From NCBI RefSeq assembly GCF_963853765.1, contig NC_088858.1, positions 35,898,001-35,962,000 of the forward strand: a DNA stretch of 64,000 bases. The letters are read 5' to 3'. Positions 33,545 through 45,734 of this stretch are shown piece after piece; within the stretch, counting starts at the first letter, position 1, and each line of letters opens with the position of its first letter. This DNA comes from Magallana gigas. Taxonomy: Eukaryota. The translations under genes and the position numbers were made by a program. The notes under the pieces were generated by a model. The model was not told where the DNA came from. It saw nothing but the letters and a program-made list of their open reading frames with translations, and did no database searches.

Positions 33545-36199
33545 TTATGATTTGAACTTTGGCTGGAAATTATATATCTGATACAGAGAAACAACTAATT
33601 TAACAACAGGTGTCCCAAGTATTGTAGCCACGGGAACAAGGTAATACTGTAAATAAAACAGTAAGTCCTTGACCTCAAGAAGTCCCATAACCTTTAGAGT
33701 TCCTGTTGCCAGGCAACGAGTTCTCCAGTACTCGACAACAGCTTGTAAAACACCAAGATCAAGGTCCGTTGCTATGGCTTCACCCTGTAAAAATATTTAT
33801 ATCGAAATTTGAATGTGAAACCACCCCAATGGGATTTATCAATAAAAGTATGCTTTAGAGCACTATCAACTTGCATGTAAAGTTATCAGTAAAGAGTGAC
33901 ATGTACATGTATTTGTGCATGTAAGTAGAGATGGTATGTTTGTGAAATGGTCCATAGGTATTATCTTACCAGCACTTCAGTGATTCGGTGAACATTGTTT
34001 TTTATTGCTATTTCCACCATGTAAGAACAGACAAGTAAATAGGTCAAGGCCACAGTCCATGTTCCAATCACAGTTAGCAAGCTGGTCCTTAAATATGCAT
34101 GTATTCAAATGTAAATATTGGCACAGTTCATACAGATTTTTTTTCAAAGTGGGTTTTTCCCCACAAAATAAACATTGTCAAGTACTTCAATGCCAAATTT
34201 AAGCTCACAATGAAAAAGATTTCTATATGAAAACTGAGTTATTAGTTAGAGGATAAGAAGTAAAACTGACCATTGTTTGACTCTGCGGGGAGAGAGCTTA
34301 CTCTTGGACCACACGTTATCAGCCAAGAAGTAGACCAGTGTCCCCATTCCCCCGCCATACACCACAATGTACATCACATAGGTCATGGGGAACTTGCTCA
34401 CATCAAAACATGTATGGATTTCATCCTAGAAAAATTTATTATTATGTTCTTTTTACAGTAATTACATTTCTCATAAAAAAAGCAAACTTCTCAAAAAGAT
34501 TTTTAGAAACTATGTTTATAGGTGCATTTTGTATATGTATTCATTTCTTCTGTGAAAAATTCTTGCCATAAAAATCCCTTAAGCAAGTGGATGAGTAAAC
34601 ATTAATTCTTCAATAGTTAAAGTATAATCTAGGTGAGCTGACACACAAAATCTTTAACTTACTAATAACAGTTTGTGTTGAAGATGCCATTCTATGACTG
34701 TAGATCTAAATTTGTCTCTAGCTGCAGCAACATTGATATTGTGCATGTTGTTGAAGTCTACAAGTCTGCGATGAAACTTCAGTAGATTTTGAACGACATC
34801 ACCTACAATATTCAAAAAAATCGTATTTGATCTGTCAACGTCATTGTTGAATTATATACACGTATAAAAAACGGTTATCTTTAAAGTCATGTCTGAAAGT
34901 TTAAAAACACAAATTTGAATGCGTTATGTGATTAAATGGGTATAAATGGTTAAGGTGGCTCACTACACCTTGAAATATTTTCTCAAATCAGCAGAAAATT
35001 ACTTGATTATGATAGATATCATAATGGATAAGAAGCATTTAAGTCGAATAGGCAAAAAAATGAGCAATTTTGAATGAAAAATTACATTTTCGAAAATTTA
35101 ATTCAGTAAACATGAACAAAAGTCCAGGCGGATTCGAACTCATGATCTACAGTTCAGAAGCCCAATACTTTAACCACTAAGCTATGACATTATATAACCG
35201 AATCGAACGATATAAACAGTTTAACAAAATATTTAAATCGCCATCTTGTGAGGTAGTGTCTTAAAGTATAAGTCTTGGTGTAGTGAGGTACCTTAAAGAA
35301 GTTAAACTACTAGGAGTTGAATTTGTAACATTTTTTTGTAAGAAGCTGTCTTATTACATGGCAATCTGCTACATGATTATATATGGCAGTGATTCAGTGT
35401 TAGTTTTTACAAATAAATTACTGGTTATCTCAAAAAGTGGAACAGTACTACTGGTGTGATTGTTAACAATTGAAAATATTGAATCATGAAAAAACTAAAA
35501 ATTTTGTTATCACACATCATGCACTCACCATGTAATTTAGAGAAAACCATCATTACTACAAAAAAGAGCAGAAAACAGATGGCTCCAAGTTTCAGGATCT
35601 CTATCAGAGAGAGGCGCATGTCCTCCATATCCGGCCACAGGGAAACCCCACCCCCTACACTGAGCCGATCCATGTTGTGTTTCGTGTCAAGATGTTTGCT
35701 GATTAAAGTATGTCTGTCTTTGTTCACTCGACCTTTTCAAAATGAATATGAATTATTATATTCCATCAAACATTCTTTGTATAAGTGATTTACATTGTTT
35801 TTAAGATATGCTTTGTATTATTAATAAATTTCACTTTGCAATCAATTTTTAATGGTAATTAAATGAACAGGCCACGATAGATCCAATTCAATTACAATCA
35901 AACAGATAAAGTGTTGTTGAATTATTTTCAGGTATCATACATATAGTACTACCCAGATATTTTTACATTTTTCATGGTACATAATAACCTGGCGTGTCCC
36001 TGAGTTTCTGGAGAGTGGGGCTGATCTCCTGGGGACCCTGGGACTCGGTCTCCAGCAGTTTCTTCCTCTGCTGCTCTAGCCTCTGTCTGACTGGGGTCAG
36101 CCCATTTCTGTGGGGTGATGATCCACTACTCATAAGTCTGTGTTTCTTAATGACAGGTTCTCCATTGATCTCTGGAGTGTATGTTGCTGCTTTTTCCAT
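33545..36199 (-). CDS. Uncharacterised 355-aa multipass membrane protein
   Basis: Six exons (35989-36199, 35529-35732, 34663-34802, 34271-34425, 33970-34087, 33545-33784) with GT-AG sites give an uninterrupted 1068-nt frame and ~4 hydrophobic segments. Confidence 0.85.
34954..35292. mobile_element. Kolobok-type MITE containing a tRNA-like segment
   Basis: TIR ggt(g/a)(g/c)ctcactacacc with TTAA flanks. Minus-strand box A (tagcttagtggtt) and box B (gagttcgaatcc) at ~35122-35188. Confidence 0.7.
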
Positions 36200-36795
36200 G
36201 ACATTTATTTGAGATTTCTAATTAGGTACCTGTAAAAGATAAATACAGGTACATGTATACATGCGTGTAAATGACAAAAATTAACACTTAAACATACAAT
36301 GAATAAAACATGAAGATTTTTGGTAATTTGAATGAAATATGCTATTTTATAAAATTTACAATACTATAGTAATACACTGCACTGTGGAGAATTAGAATCT
36401 GGTGGTAGAACACCAGAATTTACAGCATTGAACCAGAGACATATTTATGTCTCTGATTGAACAGCTGTTGAAGTACTTGTTAAAATCATATGATCTGACC
36501 ATGAATTTATCATGTTTATTCTAAGTAAGTTCTTGGATCTGATCAGCCACGTCCCTATCCTTTATAAGGACTCAAGGAGGGAGCGGGGTTACCCTTCACT
36601 GTGGAACAGATCAGCTGATCAACGTTTCAACGTTTTACATTAAACAATAAACATGACTGTATAAAATGTGTCGAATACCTTAAAGCTCATTATACAACAT
36701 GCATATACATGTATAATCTAAACATGAATCAGAAATGTAAGATCAGAATCTATATTATAAATATTTACGGTCAATGTTTCCTGTGTACCACGAGC

Positions 36796-39700
36796 ATGCT
36801 TCGCTTCCTCTTTGTATTTCCCGCCGTAATTACTGTCGGGATCGCGATTTCTATCCAAAGATATCATGTGACTTTGTTTATCCAGTTCCGGAATGATCAC
36901 TATCATGTGATTAAACTGCCACCAGCTTCTTCCAGTAATAATGCTCGTGAAAGTTTTCACCCTGCTGTTGAGTTTCTCTTATGTAATAAGTGATGGACAA
37001 GTGCGCCAAGTAAGTTTTAAAATCTACTGAGTATTGAACATGTTGAATGTCATTATTACCATGATCATGATTACATTTACAAAGAAACTCTCTATTATTT
37101 CTATCATTAAAACCAAGTAAATTAACTCATATGTGAAATGTATTGCAGAGTTCCATAAATATTGCATTAAATAAAGTAACATTGAAAGAAAATCAAATGA
37201 TTCCCATAAATGTTACACTGATGGGCAAAAAAGCAAAAATGTATTTATTTTACAGCTATTGCTTATATGACTTTATGCGTCAATTAATCATGTATATACC
37301 ATGTAAACCAAGACTCTACCCATTTTTATGTATGGACTGTTTCAATTTACTTTTGTGTATTTATCAATTTCAGATGGTAACTTCTTATAACCCTGGCTGT
37401 CAGACACAGAAATGCCCCGAGTGCAGTCCTGGTGTGGTCTATGTTCAAGCCAAGGGTGATAATGACATTTTGCACTATGTAGTCTCAGCATTAGGGGGCC
37501 CTCCAACTGCCTTGGTCATCAAAACCAACAGACCCAAGGAGAGGTACCAGCTGAATATTAACTGTAAGATGATGGCCTCAAAGAATGACACAGAGAGAAA
37601 GGCAGCCATCACACTCCCTAGTGGACTAAAAGAGATTTACTCATATGGGGTTGTTTTTAGTAGGGCAAGTATAAACGGTTTTCATTGGTGTATCTTGTAT
37701 ATGTACCTTTGATAATTTTTAAATCTAATACCAAACATATACATCTTTGTACAAATATTGAAATTTTTATTGATTTAACAGTAAAACTAAAAGTCGCTAA
37801 TATTGATGTCCAAGAGACATAAATTTGTTGTTCCTAGCTCATAAACAAGACCCATGCATGTGTATTAAAAAGTGTCAATTAAAGAATGTGATGGATAGCA
37901 AAAAGATTAAGCATCCATACATATGTCATAGATATACCAGCCTAATTATAAACAAGTATGTCTAATTTCCTTATAGTTTTTATGCAAAATATAATTGCAT
38001 TTCTTTGATGTATCTATTTTGTTAGAATGCATTTTTTCAAAGATTTACTATTATAAATTAAATTTAATTTATAAAAAAGAATATGAACATTGGCTTTTAC
38101 TTTTCCAGCTATTTCAGTACAATGACACAGCTGACAAAGCTGACATTACTGCATACAACATCAACAGTACAAAGTGGCGAGTGTACGACTTCACAGAGTT
38201 TGAATGGCAGGACATAACAACCTGGTCATCCAATAATCTGATTGTCATGAAGGTTAAAACCAGTGGAGAAGTGATGGATGCAGCATTTTACAATGAATCC
38301 CTAGTGCTTCAAGTAAATACATAAATACAATGTATTAGATATATTTTAAAAAATTGCTAATAAACATTACAAAGTTCAGAAATAGCAGCATCAATTCATA
38401 ATGAATATTATGATGTATATTCCCTCACATTCAAATAACTTGATATTTTTAAGGAACTGCCCATTCAAGCCCCATTCTTTAAAAGAAAACACAAGTACAT
38501 GATTATGAAATTTTCTGAAGATAATATTGTGATAATCTTTACATCTATAAACTTTCAGTTCCACATGTTTGACCACTCTGATAGATCTAAGGAACTGCCC
38601 CACCTCCTATACGATGCAGACTCCACCCAGTTTGACTTCACCCTTCAGGACATAGACACTGGCAACTACTCCTCGGCCAGGTGGGGGCTGGAGACAGTGC
38701 TTCTGGGTAGTGATAAAAAGACGGCCGGCATGCATATTGAGACCAAAAAGTCCATAGACGATGAATACACACCTGGAGTTTTTGAGGTATTTAGACTTAT
38801 ATGTAATAGTATTTATATCACAGTTCAGTTTTAATTGTACATGTACTGCTTTACAGGTATTTGATTTGTAGGGTATAGTTGGGTCTATATTATCAGTGAT
38901 ATTGGGATATGGTTTGCCTATGTTTCGTTCTAACTTGCAACAAAGGTTTATCAATACTCATGTAGTACACTTTCTATCAAACTTTGACATTTTTTTGGAC
39001 TGCAAAAATTACAAAATACATGCATGAGTAAGCTACCTTGGATTAAGAACTCAGTTTAGTTGTTACTCTGTTATATAGCTTTAAAGAATATTGCTACAAT
39101 ATATATTTTGTAGATGTCCAACTGGCTCACCAGGCCAGGAAATGAGGCCAATGGGGGATACTTGCAGTGGAAACCCGTCTGTTACCTCAAGCCTGGCAGG
39201 GCCCGCTCAGTGGCTACCAAAGTAGACTACACCAATTTAGCCTCCACCTCGGATGTCAATGTAGATACCTTTCTCCAGAGCAGTATCATGTACTCATATT
39301 TCCCAGATATTATGAGTGTATCGAGATCTGCCACAAACTTCACATTTGGTTTGGAAAGTGATGGTGGATTCACAAAAACTAATTTCACTTCATGGTGAGT
39401 ATATATCGCATTTTAATATATTCTTTGTATGATTCACAGTCATTAATTGACTTTTAAAGTTTCTATTGAAAATCTGACTAATCAATTTTCCAAGATAAAT
39501 GTAAACATCCTCAGTAGAAATAAACATAGGTACATATTTGTGAAGTACCATCTCCCTGTATTTGTCATTCCTTTGTTTTAGCACCTATTCTCCAAACTTA
39601 AATTAGAAAAAGTTTGATAATTTATACAGTAAGGTTATTCAAAAGTTTTCCTTTCATCCTAGAATTATCTTTTACCATCACAATGTTATTCGTTTCTCAT

Positions 39701-39895
39701 TGTAGGACTGCCCAGCTTGGCTTTGGTGCTCCTCCTGAGGACAAAGTCTCCTCCCTTGTGGTGGGCGTGATCTCGGCGGGGTTAGGTCTGCCCGTTATCC
39801 TCATCATGTTCGGGGGACTGTTTGTGATCATCAAGAAAAAGACCAGTAAAGAGGGCTACACAGACCTGGATACAGATAGATCCAATATACAATGA
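36796..39895 (+). CDS. GLMP: Glycosylated lysosomal membrane protein (NCU-G1/C1orf85), 421 aa
   Basis: Exons 36796-36867, 37374-37664, 38109-38312, 38559-38786, 39114-39394 and 39706-39895. Signal peptide, NPGC, SIDDEYTPGVF, GGYLQWKPVCY, C-terminal TM and a GYTDL sorting motif. Confidence 0.9.
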
Positions 39896-41171
39896 GGGGA
39901 CTGCTCAACATTCCAAGGGACCTATTGTCTGTGGAAATACTCAAGGAGAATCATTTGGTGCTATAAATATTGTGGTTTGGAATCTGGATTTTCCTACTTC
40001 GTTATTCAGTACACCCATATGAGACTCAGTTTTGTTGTAGTGGAAGCATACAAGGAAGCTTTTACATTTCATTTTCATTGTATGCATTGTTAATGAGTGC
40101 TTTGTATGTCTGTGATGTGAAATTTGTAGTTTTTTCTAGTATATTTAGTAAAATGTTAGTCATTTTGTTTCTTGCTGAAGTAAGATGCATTAAAATTTTG
40201 TGTTGACTTCAGAGATAAAAGATACCCAAAGTCTGTGATACATGTGTTTCTTAGTAAGTTGTGATGAAAAAATGCATTACTTGTATTTTGATTTACATCA
40301 GTGCGAATGTATGAGTGGTGTGTGTTGAACCCAGTTTGTTAGGTATGTTTATGAACTTCAATTTAATGTTTGTACTTGGTGAATCTCCAATACTTGCATA
40401 GTACTTCCATTTAATACTTTTTAAAAAACTTTAGAGTTCTTGATGTTATGCATACCAAATGTTAACTATACAACAGTTTCTAGAGATACATGTATGAGAT
40501 GTACCTGTAAAAGTCAGATGTATGTATTTAAAATAAGAGGTGCAACTCTTCATTATTTTTCATTGAACCCCATCAAATAAAAATCTTTTTATACAGTTGT
40601 TTTTTTTAATTTGTTAAAAAAAAATTCCTTGTGATTTGAATAGACATTCTCCTCAAGCAACATGCTTTATGAAATTGATCTAGTTGTTGTCGTTTATTTT
40701 ACACAGTAAAGTGATAGGATGAAATTTATAGAGACTGGTTTAGATTTTTATGCAATATTCATAACTAGGTATTAATCAGTGACAAACATAATGACTTGAG
40801 AAATTTTAAATTACAGTATTATTAATTCCCTGGATTTTTTAAGCAGGGAAGGTTTGATGATACATTGTATTGACTCTCTAAAACTGAACTGATCACACAT
40901 GTACGGGGAATCCCAGCGTTGTAAAGTCCCTCTTGAGTGATACACTATACTAGCAAAATATTGAGAATAACAAGTCCAGTTTAAATTAGATTGCCATAAG
41001 TGTTTCCATGATATATTGAAGCAAATTCCAGTTTTGAAACTTGTAGTTACTGTATTTTGTATTTGTAGGATGAAGTATGACTTGCACAAATTGGAATGCA
41101 CAACTGAAATAAATAACTTTTTTTTATTATCAATGGTCTGTAAATCATAACACTCACAAAGCAACCAGGTT

Positions 41172-43697
41172 CTATTGTTCATACAGTTCCTCCACTTGTT
41201 CAATCAAATGAACCAAAACCTGTGGGTTGTATTGTAAAATGCTTGAGTCTGTGAACTTCTCCATTTTCAACCTCACTCTGATTAACACAGCCATTGTTTT
41301 ATCCAAACAGCCGCTGATATTTGCCGACTGTAAATCAAGAGTATCTGAGTCAAAGTGATCATTAAAACTGCTGCATAATGAATCTGCAGTGACACTCTTC
41401 ACCCTGTTTTCTTTCTCTCCTTCATCCTTAAACATGTCATTATCACAATTGTCATCTCCCACCTTTTTATCACAATGCCGATCATCCTCACAGCCATCAC
41501 AACCAACACCCTCCTCCTCCTCCTCATCATCATCATCATCAAAACCATACTGCTGTAGCATTGTCAAACCCTCAGCATTCACAGCATTTGTTTCCTGACT
41601 TGCAGTTTTGTTGACATTCTGAGTATATACCCCACTTTGAATGCTGTCTTGAGATCCACACCTACTGTCCAGTGAACCATGACATGAGTACTCAGAGTGG
41701 ATCTTCAAAAACTCAGTCCATTCAGAGGCTACTAGTCTCAGATACTTTGTGAAATAAGATAGAAAGCATGTCTCGGGTGAAATCAGAAGATCAACGACTA
41801 ATGTTTCATCAAACCCAGTGTTGTCTAAAAAAAGTAAAAACTGCTTGTGTGGTTGTATCATAGCCAGAACATCACTGGGGTCTTTTTGTTTTTCTACCCT
41901 GTCAAAGTCAGAAACATATGATATTCTCAACTGATGAAATAGACACGGTTTTTTAATGAAATATTTCCACAAACAAATCAATAACAGAAAATACAATTTT
42001 AAAATGATTTTTTTTCAGAATTTAAGGATTTTCAATTATTTTTTCAATCAAATTTCCACTGCAATTTTAACCTGTTTGTTTATTTACCTGACCTCTCCCT
42101 CAGTATATATCTCTAGTAGAGTCCTCAGTATATCAATCCATGCATCGTCTTGTTCCGAGTAAACCATGGGAACCCATGAAAAGCTTTGAAGTCCTACTGT
42201 TTTACTCATCCAGGAATCCAATGAATTTAAGATAGCAAAGGCTCCAGTTACATCAGTTGAATTCAAATCTACAAAATGAGAGAATTTAATTAAAACTGTG
42301 TATTATAAATTGTTTACAGGGTTGTTTTTTTCTCCATCTATATAATATTGCCCTCATTTGGAAGGAATTTTAAAATATTACTTTAGGTTTGACACATATA
42401 AAGAATAGGGCAATATCTTTTACACATTTCTGTAACCCAAGTTGGAGCAAAAGATTAATTAGTATTCTAGTAAAAGCATCTAGCTAGTAAAATGTGTATA
42501 TTATCAGGTATCTTCGAAACCTCTAAAGATATCTCACCTTGTTTTTGTACCGTCACAACAAATTTGATGCAGATGCTTGCCATTGTCCTGAGAATTGATA
42601 AGTCTTGATGATTTCCTGGATTTACAGTTAACTCTCCAGCAAATCCTTCCTTAAATCCACATGGAAATTCTTCAAAAAATTCTTTAGAGCAACAATGCAT
42701 AAATTCATCTGCAATCTGGACAATTATTTTTCTATGATCACTTCCCAGGTTTGCTATTTTATCCATATTTTTTACAACGACAAGAATCAGCTTCAGTATA
42801 GATCTAAAAGTCATTCTGTCAACATAAGACGTCTTTGATCTAAATATCTGTATCAAGTTTACAACTGGCTTCAGAAACTCCATATAATTATTCTTTGTTG
42901 TGTTTGTTGTACACTTCTTTATTAACCTCTTCCACAAACGAAGAAACTGACAACACAGGACAACAACACTGTCATGTTTCTGGCTGCCACAAGAGGAGGA
43001 AGAATCTTCATATTGAAGATCACTCAGAAAATCAAACAAACAGGATTTACACATGTTCATCCAATGCTGACCAATCACAGTGATGAGCGCTAGCCAGTGG
43101 TCCTCTATCAAACATGATGACGTTTGGTGCCATAGCAGGTCAATGATGCTCACTCTGTATTCCTCTGCAATATTTGGCAGGCTTGAGATCATGTCCGTTA
43201 AGATTGGGGTGAAATTTGCTTGACAATGTACACAGTGGATCATGGTATTCCCAAAAGCTTTTGCTGCAGAATATCGTACGAATGGGTCTCCATCTGCAAG
43301 CCCGTCATTCTACAGAAAAAGATATTATCATAGTGTACATATATACCGTATATTCAATAGAGCGAAAAATAAATCTTTAAAATAGACGATGTGTGCATGA
43401 ATTGGAATGAACATCAAACCATAATATTTAGGAGAATACATTGCTAAAGAGTAAAGATATAAAAAGTAATGCAAAACAAACCATGATATTCAAAAGCGGT
43501 TTCAACTTTTCTCCACAAGCTGATGTAGGGCCTTCAGAATTTGTTGTAATTTTCTCGAGTTTGTTTATACATATAAGCTTTTCCTTTGAACATTGTGAAC
43601 GGTCTTTAGATATTGATTTCCACTGTCTTACTAAATAAATAACGTCGTCTTTAATGGAACACGGTAGATCATTTTCTGGAACTTGATCCACTTCCAT
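41172..43697 (-). CDS. LINS1: Protein Lines homolog (Lines_N/Lines_C), 640 aa
   Basis: Exons 43482-43697, 42538-43309, 42093-42268 and 41172-41930 are in frame. Motifs SEQDDAWIDILRTLLEIY, FDETLVVDLLISPETCFLSYFTKYL and YNPQVLVHLIEQVE. Confidence 0.85.
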
Positions 43698-44005
43698 TCT
43701 ACACGTGTGGTACTTTCACTTTGATGTTTACTACCGGAAAAGAACAATTGCACCGTCATATGAGTTTATTTCAGTATAAAAAAAAAATCTATTAAAATTT
43801 TGATTAATTTAGAAAATGAGCAATATTATATCAGTCATCATATATAATACAAAAGTGTTGATTATTTTAAATGCCTCCGGAATTTTTAACTTGGTTTGGG
43901 ATCTAACTTTAGACTGTACTTTCGCTTTGACGAAAAAGTTTTTAACTGCATGACGGCATGTTGTGATCAAAGATGCTTCAGCAGTGATCGTTTGGTTTTC
44001 ATAAA

Positions 44006-45437
44006 ATGTTTGGACAAGTGGTTATAGGACCCCCAGGATCCGGGAAAACGACTTATTGCCATGGGATGTCCGAGTTTCTATCCGCGTTTGGCAGAGAAGT
44101 TGCTGTGGTCAACCTGGACCCAGCCAACGACCATCTCCCATACAAATGTGATGTAGATATATCAACTCTGATAACCCTCTCTGACGTCATGGATGCCACA
44201 AAACTTGGGCCCAATGGCGGTCTGATTTACTGCATGGAATATTTGGAGAAAAACATTGATTGGCTTCAAAGTGAATTAGCAAAACAAAAGGGCAAATATT
44301 TGCTGTTTGACTTTCCTGGACAAGTTGAATTGTACACCCATTATAAGTGTGTTCGCAACATCCTTGCTCAGCTACAGAAGTGGGATTACCGCCTTGTGTC
44401 TGTGCATTTAGTTGATTCTCATTATTGCAGTGATGCGTCAAAATTTATTTCTGTTCTGTTAACCTCTCTGTCGACTATGTTACAGTTAGAACTCCCACAC
44501 GTCAATGTATTGTCCAAATGTGACTTGATAGAAAAGTTTGGGAAGCTCTCATTCAACCTCGATTTTTATACAGATGTTTTGGATCTTGGGTATCTTTTAG
44601 ATGAGCTGGAGGTACGTTGCACCATTACTAGTATTTGCTTTTTAAATGTCATGATAACGAACAATTTCATGGCTGGTAGTTAAATGTAAAGGATATTAAT
44701 AATGGAATATTTTATGTAATTGCTCTAAAACAATACAAATGTTATCAAAGATAAAAATTCATCATCTCTCCTTCTATTTTTTTACAGGGAGACAAATCTC
44801 TACAGAGGTACAAGAAGCTTAACTCGGCTCTAGTGGAGCTAGTTCAAGACTACAGCCTTGTGTCATTTGTTCCACTCAATGTTGAGGTATTGTTGAAGAA
44901 AAAGATTGTAAATTTATCATTTTACACATTTTGTGCACACATTTTTTTTTGCACAAGATGCTTATATTCTGTAAACAGTCACAGAAAATCTTGAAGTACT
45001 GGAAAAGTTTGTATTTGTAAATTTAAAAAGGAAACTTTTTATTTCATTTTATTCACAAGTGGAATGAATATGGTAGGCTTGAAGCATTGTGATATGAAAT
45101 AAGATTGTTTAAATGATTCACTTTGAAATCATCTTGTTTAAAGTTAATATACAGCATATTCCATTCAGCATCATTTCAATATATAGGTAATTCATGTTTT
45201 GATGTATAATGCAGAAATTGCTCCATTTTATAACTGTTTCAGGACAAAGAGTCGATGCTTCGAGTAATGAGACAGGTGGACAAGGCCAATGGCTATGTGT
45301 TTGGTGATCTGGAGGAGAGAGATATTCAGTCCATGATGTCCTGTGCTGTGCAGGCCGAGTTTGAATACGAGAAAATCAAAGATGTCCGAGAAAAATATAT
45401 GGACACTGAAACAGGGGACATTAATATGGACAACTGA
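44006..45437 (+). CDS. GPN2: GPN-loop GTPase 2, 299 aa
   Basis: Exons 44006-44611, 44788-44886 and 45243-45437. Motifs [22 protein letters not shown] and [12 protein letters not shown]. Confidence 0.96.
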
Positions 45438-45734
45438 CACACAAAACAGCGTAAAAGTTAAAGTAATGAAAACCTGGTGTTCTCATGTTATGACATGCTC
45501 GATTTGTACAGAGATATGTTCAATAATTTCTGTTAAAATATGATTCAATCATTCGTTTCGTTTCATTTAACCGTTGTAACATGTTGGGCATGTATTACAC
45601 ATGTACAGAGATATGTATACATGTATATATAATTTTTTTTGGGGGGGAGGGGGGGGGGGTAAAAAATGACTCAGTATTTTTGGTAGATAACATAGTTGAG
45701 TACATTTTATTATAGAATAACTAGAGGCAGGGAA

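Noticed and set aside
35972-36199. Stand-alone 75-aa micropeptide ORF
   Set aside because: A phase-1 donor at 35989 splices it in frame to the next exon. It is the N-terminus of the 355-aa membrane protein.
41389-41598. Ser-rich plus-strand ORF
   Set aside because: Antisense shadow of the Asp/Glu tract in the LINS1 last exon.
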